A DNA stretch of 62,868 nt, filler included, from Globobulimina sp. (GCA_003354225.1; 31 parts of 31 records of this genome joined end to end with filler, not necessarily neighbours in it), one strand, 5' to 3'. Shown: positions 34,542-48,658, counted from the first letter of the whole stretch. The notes: generated by a model not told the origin, from the letters alone. Made by a program: numbers and translations.

Positions 34542-35306
34542 CACCAAATCCCCTTCATTCAGACTAACATTGTAATGCAATGACTTGGCCATATTTATTG
34601 CTTGAGGCACGTAATAATTTTCTAAAATTCCATGTAATTCTCGCGTTACGATATCCGATTCAATGATGTTGTCATTTATGTATTTTATTATCAGTGCTTT
34701 CAATCCAATAAACCCAAACTTTCTAAAAGCATCACCGCCGACAATGCGAATGCTTTGAACTGTCGACATACCTTTTATTACCGCTAAATGTGTTTGTATT
34801 TTGTGATTTTGCCATTGATCAAATAATAGGTTTTGAACGTTTGTTGAAAGTTTAATTAAATATTCTTGTTTTATCTCAAATAATACGGGATGTGGCTGTG
34901 GTGGCAGTCCTATACTGGCAATACACGTATTGTTATATGTGCTGATTAAAGCATTGCCGCCGACGACAGACATAACCACCGCTACATTATCATATAAATC
35001 AATATTTGATAAATACACAGGTCCTGTTCTAACCGCTACATTATTATTTAAATCAATATTTGATGAATACACAGGTCCTTTAATGATGACTATATCACCG
35101 ATTTCAAACTTTTTTGACAATACTTTCTGATCTTTATGTGATACATTGGATGCATGAGCTGGTTGATAGGATTTGAATTTGATACGTTTGATGAATTTGA
35201 TACGTTTGAATTTGATACGTTTGTAGATGCTTGAATTTGATACGTTTGATGCATTACATTGGATAATACCAATCAAAAACGCATACAACAAAAACAATAA
35301 CTCCAT
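34542..35306 (-). CDS. Secreted hypothetical protein with internal repeats, 3' partial
   Basis: Signal peptide; 54-bp duplication (GPVYxSNIDLxxNVAV x2); 15-18-bp repeats. Confidence 0.55.
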
Positions 35307-35409
35307 TTTAGAAAGTACAAAAAAGCGATGATAAAATGTGCCTTAAGTAAGCACTGAAAATTTGTAACAAAAAAACAGCGCTGTTCTTGAACGAGCATTG
35401 TGTTCCGAA

Positions 35410-36472
35410 ATGTTATCACTTATATTACCAACAATACTAATTCAATCTACATTGGCAAATAATTGCGCAGCCATTCAAATAAACTCTGCATATGAACCTG
35501 TTCCATTGAATCTATGTTCATTCGACTCCAGTAATTTTATTGGAGATGGCCCATTTTCATCTGGTTATTATTGCAGCGATAATAATAATAATACTGTGAT
35601 TTATAATGCTTATAATACAACTGCTTGCAGCGGAGATCCATATTATTCATATTCATATTCATGTACATCTGACAATAATCCTTTATACTGCAATTGTGAC
35701 AAAAACGCTGATAATTGTTCAACTGCAATAAAATCATACAATGACTGTAACGATACTCATCGATATTACTCAAAAATTTTGGTTTTGGATCTATGCGTTG
35801 AGACTGATAACAGCACCGCATCATCGCAAACAATAAAATGTGGTTCGAATAACTTGAAATATATTGAATATGACGCAACTGATTGCAATCATGGTTCTGT
35901 GCTTGATGAGCACACCAATTTCATTTATGAATATTGCAACAATTGTGATGTATGTAGCGGATATTGGAATATTCAATGTACAAATATGGACTTATCAGAA
36001 ACACTAAGTACATATCAATTGATCTTAGTCATTATCTGTCCGATTGCATTGTGTTTCTGTGTATGTATTGTGTCATTGGTATTATTCAAACGCAGCAAAC
36101 GTATCAATGCTGACAACAAATTATCGATATCGCCAGAGGCAGAGCCAAAAGGTGTAGCAATGGAGAAAGTCATGGAAATTGTCAAATATGTGGACAGTGA
36201 CAATAGTAAACCACAACCGCCTGAATATGAGGATGTTGAGCAACGAAAATTGAGTTTGAAAAACCTAATTCAAAAACATAATTACTATGAAACACACAAT
36301 TATGTGGAAATTGAGCCTGAAGTCGTGCATTTGTATCATGATAATGTAACTTTGGGAGATACGCATATCAGTACAACAGTACCTATATTGGTAGTATTCA
36401 TAGGTTTGATCTCAATAATGCCAGGTATTATAATTGTACTTTGTGTAAAAAAAGCACCTAACAGATCAATAA
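35410..36472 (+). CDS. Cys-rich membrane-anchored surface protein, same family as 992-1713, 3' partial
   Basis: Signal peptide; shared Cys spacing; TM segment LILVIICPIALCFCVCIVSLVLF. Confidence 0.7.
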
Positions 36473-36572
36473 NNNNNNNNNNNNNNNNNNNNNNNNNNNN
36501 NNNNNNNNNNNNNNNNTTAATTAATTAANNNNNNNNNNNNNNNNNNNNNNNNNNNNNNNNNNNNNNNNNNNN

Positions 36573-36883
36573 TTGTTTTGGCTCTCAACATATTCACTAT
36601 TTGTTTTGAAAAAATCTAGAAATTGCGGAACAGCGTCGATGGAGTAAACATTGCATTTGCCGATATCCGCAAATATCAACGAATCATATCCCAAACCACA
36701 ACCCAAGTCCAATACATTTATTTTTTCTATATTTTCCTCATTACCATTTTTTAAACAATATCCATTTATGATTGTACGCAATAAACCAGATATTTTCGGC
36801 ATTTTACTCCAATTTGAAATGCATTTATCTGCATATTTTATGTATGCATTGATTGTACGGTGTGAATAAGTTGCTGGTCTCAT
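36573..36883 (-). CDS. Class I SAM-dependent methyltransferase, 3' partial
   Basis: VLDLGCGLG motif I and VYSID. Confidence 0.75.
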
Positions 36884-37112
36884 TAATATTTTATATTGCA
36901 ATCGGACCAGAGCCTTTATTTGATAATCAAAGATAATCAGAGAACGTTTTTTGTGACGACATTGTGTAGATCTTTTTATTAGTAAAAAAACAAACTTCAC
37001 TCCGGATTGTAACAGGTAAATCTCCGCAACGTTTCTACGATTTATGTTCAATTAATCAGACATAAAATCCACAATTAACAATTAAACAAAGTTGACAAAA
37101 ACAATTAAAAAT

Positions 37113-37508
37113 TTAAAATGTTGTCCACGATCCAAAATCACCAGCACCACTTTGATTATTTTTTGTGTTGTTTGCATTTCCATTATTTTGTGTTGCTTTA
37201 TTTGAACCACCACCTCCAAAAATCATATCCAATGGATCCATGGCCATGGCCTGATTTAAATTACTGGTCACCGGTGGTGCCGATGCAGAAAGTATATCCT
37301 TTGCAATATTTACATTATTTAAATTATTTGCATTCTGTGTATTATTTGATAGATTTGGTCTCTGTTTTTTAAGCTGTATTACTTCTCTTTGTAATGTAGT
37401 TATTGTTGATTCATCTTTCCTAAGTTTACTTTTTAAGATTTTGACATCTCGAACAAGTGTATCATATTTACCACTTAATTGACGCACTTGCTTTCTTAAA
37501 TCGTCCAT
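37113..37508 (-). CDS. Small coiled-coil protein
   Basis: Heptad-like N-terminal half, low-complexity tail. Confidence 0.55.
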   Translation of the reverse strand: MDDLRKQVRQLSGKYDTLVRDVKILKSKLRKDESTITTLQREVIQLKKQRPNLSNNTQNANNLNNVNIAKDILSASAPPVTSNLNQAMAMDPLDMIFGGGGSNKATQNNGNANNTKNNQSGAGDFGSWTTF

Positions 37509-37580
37509 GATACTACTACTTAGTACTCAACTTAAGTTTCACCCAAAACACATCACTCACCATATTATCACCACACCGAC

Positions 37581-38329
37581 ATGAATTCTCAATCACCACA
37601 CATGGATTCTCAATTGCACTGCATTTCAGATTATCCAATAAACGGTAAATCAAGAAAAATCTGTAAAATAATATCAGGAACACTCTCAGCCAAAATATCA
37701 AATAAATTATTGTCCAGATTTCGTCAAAAATATGCAGAATTAGTATATGTCGAAAAAAAAATAAATGAAAATGTAACCAGTGGTCATTATGAAATGAGAT
37801 TATATAAAAATAAAAATGCAAAGAAAAAAAAAGATTTATACTGCTTTATACTCAATCCAATGACAATGACATTTTACGCAAATAATGTCAATTCAAAAAA
37901 ACATCCATTCACGTTTAGTTTGCATTTTTTCCGTCATATCACATAATATTCGTCCACTTTGATAACAGTTTTGTTTGTTCGTCCAATGATATATCGATTT
38001 GTTTCAGTGTTCATACAAAATATGAGCGGACGGGATGGATTTCTGTATTACAACAATTACAGTGGCAGTACCAACCAATTATAAAAAGCAAAAATAAATT
38101 AAATAATTTGGATGATATACCATCATATTCAAACACCACACCATTAGGCTCAGTAAATTATGATCATGATTATGAGATAGATAACAATGATAATGATAAT
38201 AAAGATTTTGATATAATCGAATTCGATAATAAAGATTTTGGAAATATAACGCAAAATAATTCAAATATTAATGGAAGATGCACAATTTTAGATTTATTGA
38301 ATAATAATTTAAATAGCATAGTTTTATAA
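37581..38329 (+). CDS. PH-domain-like protein; intron 37913-37968
   Basis: Splicing joins the ORFs in frame: ...KKHPFT-FVCSSNDISICFSVHTKYERTGWISVLQ, a PH-like C-terminal helix with the conserved Trp. Confidence 0.6.
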
Positions 38330-38603
38330 CGTATTACATGTATTTTGGGTGTTAAAAGTTACATAATTTTATTTTTAAATATTAATAATTATACGTACTC
38401 TCCCCTTTTTTTGTTGTTTTTGCACATATTATTTTTTTCCTGCTTCAATGGTCATTTTCATCGTAAAATTGATCATTTTTTTTTAAGTATTACTTCGATA
38501 TAANNNNNNNNNNNNNNNNNNNNNNNNNNNNNNNNNNNNNNNNNNNNTTAATTAATTAANNNNNNNNNNNNNNNNNNNNNNNNNNNNNNNNNNNNNNNNN
38601 NNN

Positions 38604-40389
38604 CATTTGGAGCGGCGCCATAAAGACCAACTGCATGGCTAAGCCCAGGAAGACACTCCATCCGATTTGCTGATATAACAAATAAATGGCAATTCCAATT
38701 TGAAACGGCGCACTGATCAACATCCAGCAGTATGGAAACACATCCCTGTAAAGTGTTTATTTATTATACATAAAAAAAAACAGATAAAAACGAATTAATA
38801 TTATAATAATATACAAACCGCATTTTGCGCACATCCACGGTGATAATGTTCATCATTTCGCCCTGGGTACGCTCCCCACGCGCTCCTTGCGTCAATTTCA
38901 ACGCTTTCTCGTAACACGCTGACATCAACGCGCTGCGCACACGCATTCCGGTACGGAAACAGCGGTGGAAATACTGCGCCAATATGAATGTGGCACACAG
39001 ATAGACGAAAAACAGCAATCCGGCATACATATAGGCCTCATTCACGTCGGCCTTCTCGCCAGAATCAAATTTCTCCGCATCGGATAAGTAAGCACTTAAT
39101 ATTAAAGGTCCAGCGTATTGGAAACAATCATAGATTAATTTAAGCGGACCAGCTTGAAAAAAGGGTCCACCAAAAGCACTTAATAGAGTTTTGATTAATG
39201 ATGGTTTATATTTTGCATCTTCGTCAATTTTAATATGTTTTGGCATTGAGGTTTGGTCCGATTGTTGTCTGCGTAATAATGGTTCAGTTAAGACTTGAAC
39301 TGATTGCTGATTTGATTTCTCTTCCTGTGGTTCATAGTGCGTTGCAGCATAATTTGCATTTTTTTGCCGCGCAGACTCCAGCTGTTCTCGCCAAGATTTA
39401 TAGAATAATTTTAATGTTTCGTGGGAATGATCCATTGCTCTCAAATAGGTCAAATCCTCCATTTCTAACGGCCGTTGATATCCGGTCACAAATACACCAC
39501 TCAACCAGTTGAACGTTAATATGCTTAATAAATTAGCGTTTTCTTCGGTTGTTTTGTTATATTTTCTTAGCATTTTATCGGCTAACTGACTGTGCCCAAT
39601 CTCGTGCTGTTCGTTGACGGGTTGTAAGGAGAGCTTTGATGGATAAAACTGCGAATCATAACACATTCCAAGTTGAGATTGAGTGGGTTTGAGCAATATG
39701 GTGCGCAATAACAATATTGCAAATGGTACGAGTTGGAAGAGTTGGATATAAAAAACAGCATTTGTATGTTGTGTGTGATTGACATATTTGGCAATCAGCA
39801 CAGATTCAAAGTGTTTGAGAGATAAAATAAATTGAATGACCCAGAACCAACGTACCAAAGTTGACGGTGCTTCACGTAATCCATAGAAGATAACATATCG
39901 ACGTTCGATATAGAATAAGCATGTAAATAATATCTATTTATGTTAGAAAATGAAAGAAAGTTCACACATTATACATATATAATTAATATAAGATACCCAT
40001 GCTAGTAACTCCCAGCACAATGTAAAAATGAGCCAATTTAAATGATCATTGGAATTGGTAAACGGAAGAATAATCGCAGTGCATAATTCGTAGGAAAATC
40101 CTAAAGTAAATAGGACACATAATACAAAATCAAAATTGCATACTCCTCCGATCATTTTGTTGTGTTCTAAATCTGTGGATAGCACAGAGACACGGTGTTG
40201 GATTTGAAATGGTTTTATATTCGTTTTGCTTTGGTATATGCGGTATAAACGAACAATGGCAAGTATGATAAATATCAAATTAATTGGGGCGAATACGAGC
40301 CATCCTTGGGCACAAGGCGTCAGATCGTTGTTATCTGCATTCTTGGGTCCCCAGCCTTGCTTGTCATTGCAAAAAGTATCGAGAAACAT
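38604..40389 (-). CDS. ABCC/MRP-type ABC transporter, N-terminal part; introns 39934-39996 and 38746-38818
   Basis: TMD0 LTPC; EENANLLSILTFNWL; GYQRPLEMEDL; GMRVRSAL...YEKALKL; GEMMNIITVD; SAPFQI. Confidence 0.92.
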
Positions 40390-43107
40390 CGAGAAAGGAT
40401 GATCAGATGACTAGGCTGACTAAAAAAATACTATCAAAAATCACTATACAAAAACAATAAAGGACCATAATGTGGATTTGTTTAACCATAATAATGGTGT
40501 TTAAAATAGCCTGCAGTGAGAGTAGTGACTTTTANNNNNNNNNNNNNNNNNNNNNNNNNNNNNNNNNNNNNNNNNNNNTTAATTAATTAANNNNNNNNNN
40601 NNNNNNNNNNNNNNNNNNNNNNNNNNNNNNNNNNATCTATAATCTTTTCAGTTTTCAGAGTCACGATATTCGTTGTCCACATGTAATGGCGAAGTCGTTG
40701 TGTTTATTACTGTATTCATTGCTACAGTCTATAGTATATGATTACGACTTGATGGTATGAATTGGACATATTCGCCGTCGATATCCATCGTAATAAAAAT
40801 CACTGTTTCTAGTAATTGGGTCAAAGATAATGCGAACTGTTTCTCCTTTTTTACATTCAGCTAATATGATTTACTTATCACTCAATTAATACAGAGTATT
40901 TATTTCGGTTAAAACAATCGGATTATATTATTTGATCTCTAGGCCCTAGCTTTTAGATTACAACACTAACAACAATGGCGACGTCATGCTGGATAAAGTT
41001 TGAATTTCTATATGATAAATCTCTGCTTAATGCTATGATGGTAAATCATTTGCGGTACTAACACTCATTCAAGATCCAATCACGATCACAATATAAATTG
41101 CCAGTACAATTGTTTTTGCAAGAAGGAAGTATTATAACTCCATAAGATTAATTAAAGGGACTCCACATAGAACCACGACGAAAAAGTGTCAGGTGTTGGA
41201 TAATAACTTAAATAACAATGTTTATTATAAAAAGAAAATGATTGTAATTGCGTTTTTGTTTTTAATGTATTGGTGCTGGGTTATTAATAAAAGTTAAATT
41301 GATTGATTATATCTATTGCGTTTGCTCTCATCAGACAGAAACTGATATATTGGGAGCATAAAGAACCATTATTCATATTAATTTCCGTATACGATTTATT
41401 GGTCGAATATTGATATTTCCGTGCATTAAATGTGTTATAAAAATTCTTGATATTTCCGTGCATAAAATATATTATAAATTTCTGTGTGTTTCTTTATTTT
41501 TCTGCAAGATATTTCTAATAGAATCCATGAAATGTTTTTATTCATTTTTTAATGAAAAATGTATGTGTTAATTGAAAATTGACAAGTGAAACAAAAATTT
41601 TATATGTTGTGATTGGATGGTTCTTGGTTGATATATATATATATATAAATATTTATTTTCACCCCTGAGTTCTTTCGATTTATTACACTCAATCCAAATA
41701 TGACTGACATTCATGGGTCTTTCCTGGATACAAAACCAAAAATGGAATTGACTGGCATGAATGAATATGACGGTAATGAATGATGGAATTGAGCATTCTG
41801 GTCCTGGTAGAATCACTCATTTATTTTGAGATGATAAGATGCTTTTTTTGATTGTTGGGCCGTAATCTCCAATAAAAATGCAGCATTTTCAACATTACAG
41901 TTTGATGAATTTTGATAAAAATTGCGAATCACAGATTAATGGTTTGTGGCCCAGCAAATATATGTTTGATGTTATAAATGAAGCAGAATGACATTACTTT
42001 TGTTGAATTTGAATTGCAATTTGTCAGCCTATTACCAGTCAATGTGAATCATTGCAAGTATTCATTCAAGCAGTCATTCTGTTTCAATAATAAATCTTAA
42101 GATATTAAATATCAAACCAAAAACATTTAGTGCTGATTCACTGGAGGAACGTAAAGATATTATGTGAAAAATATCAAAACGAAATATTGTGTGCAAGGAT
42201 TAATATTACACACGAAAGGGAAATCAAAATAGAAATAAACTGTTAAGATGAAAATCACCATGAGCACAGTCAGTCTCTATATTTTGCGAAATAAATCTTA
42301 AAATAAACAGCACCATCGAATGCAAGACCCTCGAATTAGTGTAAAACAAGTCTTACATGATTGCCTCTGAAAGCTGTTTTTTTTGATGCTAGAAGTACCA
42401 ATGTTGGAAAATTAATGTCAAGAACTTAGTGAAAATCAGAAAATGGAATATATAGTTTGGTGGTGTTGAAAAACACCTGGTAAAAAATAAAAAGAATAGA
42501 ATTTAATATTTACAAAGATAAAACAAGATCAGATGTGATTTACAAATATTTGATTTAGTTTCCTCNNNNNNNNNNNNNNNNNNNNNNNNNNNNNNNNNNN
42601 NNNNNNNNNTTAATTAATTAANNNNNNNNNNNNNNNNNNNNNNNNNNNNNNNNNNNNNNNNNNNNTTGCTTCATTCATTTTTTCTGTTCGTGACCGCCGT
42701 TCCGAAACAGTTGCAATGTGTTCTTCAAATCTTTGAGGGAACGCGGTTATGGCACATTTATTGCCTTTTTTATTTGCTGTACTCGCATAAAAAAACTCAA
42801 TAAAGCTATTTTTATCTGCATTTACTAATTCCATCCATTTACATTCATCAACAACTAATAACTGCGCTAAATAATTCATTTTCTTCTTTTTTAATGTGCT
42901 TATTGACCATTTTCGATCTTTCATATTGCTATATTTTGTATATTGGTTTTTGTGTAAATGGTATTTACCATTTTGCTTATAATGCACAAAAACAACAAAT
43001 AACATCATACCTTGGATTCTGCAAAAAAATTAAATTGCTCACACACTTTTAAGATTGAAAAATGTGATGAATGTTGATGTTGACTTTGAGAGTTATCTGA
43101 ATTGAAT

Positions 43108-43157
43108 AAAAGTAGAATTTAAAAGTGGAATTTAAAAGTAGAATTTAAAAGTAGAAT
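43108..43157 (+). repeat. 13-bp tandem repeat (AAAAGTAGAATTT), about 4 copies
   Basis: Visible directly. Confidence 0.8.
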
Positions 43158-43315
43158 AATGGTATTATATTATAAAAAATAACATAATTGTTGAATTTAC
43201 GAACTTTGTGTAAATGTGCGTTGTTGAATATAATGGATGATAACACCCGAGACTCAGCCAGTACTCACATACAAAGATCCTGTTTTTTGCAAGATGTCCT
43301 AACCATGTCTTCAAA

Positions 43316-43446
43316 ACACTGCCAAACTGTATCACGCATTCATAGATCACTCCCATCATAACACTGCCAAACTATAACACGCATGCATAGAGCACTCCCA
43401 TCAAAATACTGCCAAACTGTATCATGCATTCACATATCACTCCCAC
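43316..43446 (+). repeat. 45-bp tandem repeat, 3 diverged copies
   Basis: Units start at 43316, 43361 and 43406 (A(C/T)ACTGCCAAACT...CACTCCCA). Confidence 0.85.
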
Positions 43447-45540
43447 AGTATTTATACATAATTAAATTCATAATTTTAGGCTCACAAGTTATAAATCAGC
43501 TACATTTTAGGCTCATAAATCAGATTTTAGACTCACTTTTTTGTTCTGAAATTAATTAAATGTCAAAATGGAGCAAATTTTACATCAAAAATGGATATAA
43601 ATGGTGATGGTGTGTCGTAACAAAAAATCGAAATATGCCAAAAGTTGCAGAATAATGATACAAACAACGGACCATTAATAATATATTGTAATTAATGTTT
43701 AACTGTCGGAGGTCTATTTACAATCACTCCAACATCTGACCCTACAACAGATCCGATCGTATCATCTGACTCAGAGAGAGTGCAGATTTAGCATTATTTG
43801 CACATAATGATATTGATAATCAGCAGGTGGATAAGGGAGAGGATGGTAATAAATATCGAATATAATTAAACACAAAACAAAAATACAAAACAAACACATA
43901 GCCATACATTATTAGATTGGAGCAGTTCATCTCGACACCATATATAATTATAACTGCTGTATATATTTTGTAGCAATACGTCAATTATATTTTGTATAAA
44001 CAAAGAAAAAGAGATAGTATTTTTTAAGTTTATCAGAATTAATTAGTATTACAATCACAATAATCAGGATATACGACTCGATATAATGTCATCAAAAAGA
44101 AAAAGCGACATTTTGCAATATAAACATACCACATTGGCATGCTTTGGATAATAATGTATTGATTCTCGCATACCATATTTTGTATAGTTTATAATAACAT
44201 CATAAATTAAACTGAAGAATGAATAGAAAATTAAAATGTATTAATTACTTCCTATCAGAACTCATCGGGGTGCTATCATCCACATTGTAGTGTGTCGTAA
44301 GTAGCTGATTCAATGATCTCTCATCATTCCAAATAAATAACATATTATACAACATACCATATTATAAACACTGTTTATTTTAAAAAGAAATTCCGATAAA
44401 AACATTTCAAAAAATCAGATAACAAAAAAACAAAAAAAAATGGTAAAAAATGGGTTGTTCAGTTTAAGCGCGGTGTGTTGTTCATTCATATTGTTTCAGA
44501 TATCGGTATAAATTTATTCATCATTCAAAAAAACACACAACAAAGACATACCACATAATATCACCCCAATCATCACAGACACTTTATATTGCTCAGNNNN
44601 NNNNNNNNNNNNNNNNNNNNNNNNNNNNNNNNNNNNNNNNTTAATTAATTAANNNNNNNNNNNNNNNNNNNNNNNNNNNNNNNNNNNNNNNNNNNNAAAA
44701 TTCCTAAGGGAATCTTCGCTGTGTAATATATTATATGGTCAATATATTAGCTGTAATCATATATATTAGCTAATCATATACGTATATCTTATCGGGAACA
44801 CTACTGTATGCGATAATATGAGGACCTACAAACGGAAATCTCACAGAGATTATTTATATATTTATTATATTACAAATATAAACCAGAAATACTATTATTT
44901 AATTGTTATATTTATATATTACAAATGGTGACAAAAAAAGGAGTAAAAAAAATAAAAAAAAACCTTTTTCAAATTGAAATAATCCATCATCGGCATAATT
45001 TTCATATCTATCTAAAACTTTTGAATAAATAATATTTGATTTTCTTTTATATTTTAATAAACCATCATATTTATATCTTTTTTTATATTCGGTTTGTACA
45101 ATATCTAAAATTAATCGAGTTTCTTATTTAAATTTACATTCTTTAGATTTCTTGCTTTTACATGATATATTGTACATGTTTAAATATCAAAAACATTAAA
45201 ATAAACAGAGTTTGACACGTTGATAAATGAAGGTCATATAATAATTTTACATTTTGATATTGTTTTGCTACTCTCTGTTTTGTAAATATCCATATATCTT
45301 TTCTAAATGTTTTTGGTTGATTAATCAATATAACTTTATTTCCCATAATATATCGTAAAATTTCTCTTTTTAATGCAAATAAATCATATAAAATAGTTTC
45401 ATCTGATGAAGGAATAACAATTTTCCATGGTGTACCATCACATTTTTGTCTTTTATCATGTACCATTGATATAAATTCATCTCTTCCTTCCATAAACCAA
45501 TTTTTATTTGCAATGAAATCCGATTTAAATTTGGTATCAC

Positions 45541-45680
45541 CATAATTACATAATTCAGCGAATGTCGATATCATCTCCATTTATAATTGTCATATCATAA
45601 TTACATAATTCAGCGAATGTCGATATCATAATTACATAATTCAGCGAATGTCGATATCATAATTACATAATTCAGCGAAT
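45541..45680 (+). repeat. 31-bp repeat, 4 copies (three tandem, one offset)
   Basis: CATAATTACATAATTCAGCGAATGTCGATAT at 45541, 45596, 45627 and 45658 (last copy partial). Confidence 0.9.
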
Positions 45681-46596
45681 TGTCTTCCTCCTTTACCATA
45701 ATGTAATTCTAAAAATGTTTCATTATTTACAACTTGATGACATATAATATCTATACATAAAACATATCATTTTATTATCATTCTTTTTTAAAATTTTAGC
45801 ATTTAATTCATCAATTTCATTTTTTATTAATTCATTTTCGTTTTTTTCATTATAATGATGAGCACATTGCAATTTTGCGCAATAATCACAATCAAACTCA
45901 AAACTAAAACATTCATCATCACATCCTGTAACATATCTCGCTCTCTCATTTTCTGAATCATTATCTGTTTCTAATTCAATTTCTGTTTCTAATTCATCAT
46001 CTAAATTATTATTTGTATCTTTTGGTAATAAATAATTTTGTAAATTTGTTTTATTTAATATTTTTATATTATTTTTATCTAAAAAATCTGATGATAGTTC
46101 TTGTTCTTCATCTTCTTCATTGGAATAATATACTTCTTCTGATTCCTCAGAGTTTTCTTCATTTTCACTATCATCGGTTGAATATAAATCTCCACCATAT
46201 ACAAACCTGAATCTGCACCATATACATAACCTTCAGCTTCATCACATGATGAATCATTGAAATCACCATTTTCTACATCGAATCTATTTAATGCCACTTT
46301 TTTAAATGTAAAAGTTAATAAATCAGCAATATTTTCTATAAAAGTTGGATAATATTTAATTAAATCAACATTTGACACCAATATATCACGAAAATCATTT
46401 GATATTAATTGTAAAACATTCCATGAATTTAATAATGATGATATTTCATTTAAATGTTTCGTAGCTTCAGTCAAGTACTCATGTGGATTAATTAAAAGTA
46501 CTCATCCCACTCATCCCACTCCTCCCCTGACTAGATTATAAAATTTATAATTCATTTGAAAAATAGTCCTCCACATAGGAATTAGATAATGCTGAT

Positions 46597-46627
46597 AAGC
46601 ACCTAGCTCAATTGGCAGAGCATTGGT
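46597..46627 (+). tRNA. 5' part of a tRNA gene or tRNA-derived SINE, cut by the contig end
   Basis: TAGCTCAATTGGCAGAGC is a canonical A-box/D-arm (GCTC/GAGC stem); the anticodon is not in the window. Confidence 0.5.
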
Positions 46628-46735
46628 NNNNNNNNNNNNNNNNNNNNNNNNNNNNNNNNNNNNNNNNNNNNTTAATTAATTAANNNNNNNNNNNNNNNNN
46701 NNNNNNNNNNNNNNNNNNNNNNNNNNNCAAAGTGT

Positions 46736-46776
46736 CAACTCAACTCAACTCAACTCAACTCAACTCAGCTCAACTC
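46736..46776 (+). repeat. (CAACT)n microsatellite
   Basis: About 8 copies, just upstream of the ATG at 46809. Confidence 0.9.
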
Positions 46777-46808
46777 TTAACTGCTAATTAACCTCACTTA
46801 GTCTTTAA

Positions 46809-48658
46809 ATGGCAAACAAAGGGCCTGCTCTCCAGGCTGGTTATGGAAATGGAGGAATTGAACCGATGGATCAATTCGATAAATTATCAGATAAGATTTC
46901 AAATAGTTTAAAAAATTTAGAATTTACACGGGATATGTTACGTCAATTAGCAGACAACGAGAGAAAATCTGCAAAATCCATAGCAACCATATTGAATCAG
47001 AAAAATAAATCATTGCGATTTTCCGTGGTAGATCAAGCAATACAAAATTATTGGAAAAAACAAGAATCAAATCGTCGACATTTTGCAGAAGCATTACAAA
47101 CAAAAATCGTCGATGAATTACACAATTTTATATCAGCGGCAGCCGATAAAAAAAAGAAATTAACCAAAGAGAATAGCAAAATACAGAGAAATTTTATTGA
47201 ATGTAAGAAAGAGACGATCAAATTAAAACAAATCGGTTTAAAAGAATGGCAAAAATTAGAAGAACAAATAAATAAAAATGATCAACATAAGAAAACCAAT
47301 AAATTGCAGAAGATCAAAGATTTAAAGCCGCTCCAAGATAAATGCAGTAAAGCTTTTAATAAATACGAATTATATATACTTAAATTAAATGAATTAGAAC
47401 AAATTAATCACGAACAATGCATCCAAATTGGCAAAACATTGCATGAATCGCAAGAATATGCTTCAAATCGATTATCAATGCATTATAATATGACAGTTTC
47501 GTCAAAGAAATTTATGGATGATTTTATTGCCAAAAATAAATCCATTGTACAATCGAAAGCGCCGCCATTAAATGATATATTATGGCGATGGCTGACATAT
47601 CCTAAAAACCACCAAGCTGTCACCACTTTGCCTTGCAGCAGCAAGCAAGTGTTGAATAAAAATGAAATCGGACAGCAATTTAAACGAAGGGTTGGCAAAG
47701 ATTACCAAGAAAGTAAATATTTACAAGCACCCATTGTTCACAATGAAAGTAAGGAAAATGCGAGCAACACTCCGCGGTCTCCGCAGCAGAGCAATAATAA
47801 CAACAACAACAACAAAATAAGCAAAAAGAAAAAGAAAGAAAAAAAAGAAAAAAAAAAGAAAAAAAAGAACAATGTTCCTGTTGCTGTTGCTGTTGCTGTT
47901 CCTGTTGCTGTTGTTGATGATAAATGGGACGTTGATTTTGGTGATGTTGATTTTGGTGATGATGGTCAACAAATTGACGATAAGGATAAGGATAAGAATG
48001 TTTTTGAGAATAAGGAGAGTGAGCATAAGGAGAGTGATAACAATGCGTTTGATAACACTGCTTTTGGTAACACTGACTTTGCTAACAATGACTTTGGAGA
48101 TGATACTTTTGGGAATGACAATACTGACACCTTTGATATTGATAATAAGGAGAATAAGGATGACAAAGAGAAGGACAATGCAGATGTTGATAACAAGGAT
48201 GCTAATTTTAACAATTTCGGCTTTGATGATAACTTTGCGGATTTTAATGATGGCAATAAAGATTTAGAGATTGTCAATGATAATGCAACCAATGGAGCAT
48301 CCTTTGGTATTGATAGCCATTGGAATACAAATTTTGATGAAAATGCCTTTGCAGTGACTGATAATAACAACAATAATGCCAATAATCAACAAGACATAGA
48401 TGCATTGTTTGCAGCATCTGAAGCAAATGATATATTCGCAACAACAACAACAACAACAACCACAACAATCAATGGCGATGATAATAATAATAATAAGAAG
48501 AAAAAGAATGATGCGCTATTTCCTGATGATTTCGGTGGAGATGGTTTTGATTTTGATGCGGTTGAAACAAGGAATGATGTAATTGACGCAGGAAAAGGAT
48601 CGGATAATGATATAAATATAAATATAAATAGTGATGGCGGTGGAGGTGGAGGTGGCTT
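46809..48658 (+). CDS. F-BAR-like coiled-coil protein with acidic DxF-rich disordered tail, 3' partial
   Basis: Helical N-terminus (LADNERKSAKSI...RRHFAEALQTKIVDELHNF); many DF/DxF motifs typical of endocytic adaptor ligands. Confidence 0.55.

Noticed and set aside
40635-42565. Genes in this contig
   Set aside because: Only short, stop-interrupted frames with no recognisable motif.
43316-43446. CRISPR array or coding repeat
   Set aside because: Units are degenerate along their whole length with no unique spacers; the frames examined contain stops.
45541-45680. CRISPR array
   Set aside because: Repeats are directly tandem with only one short intervening stretch; no cas genes; eukaryotic context.
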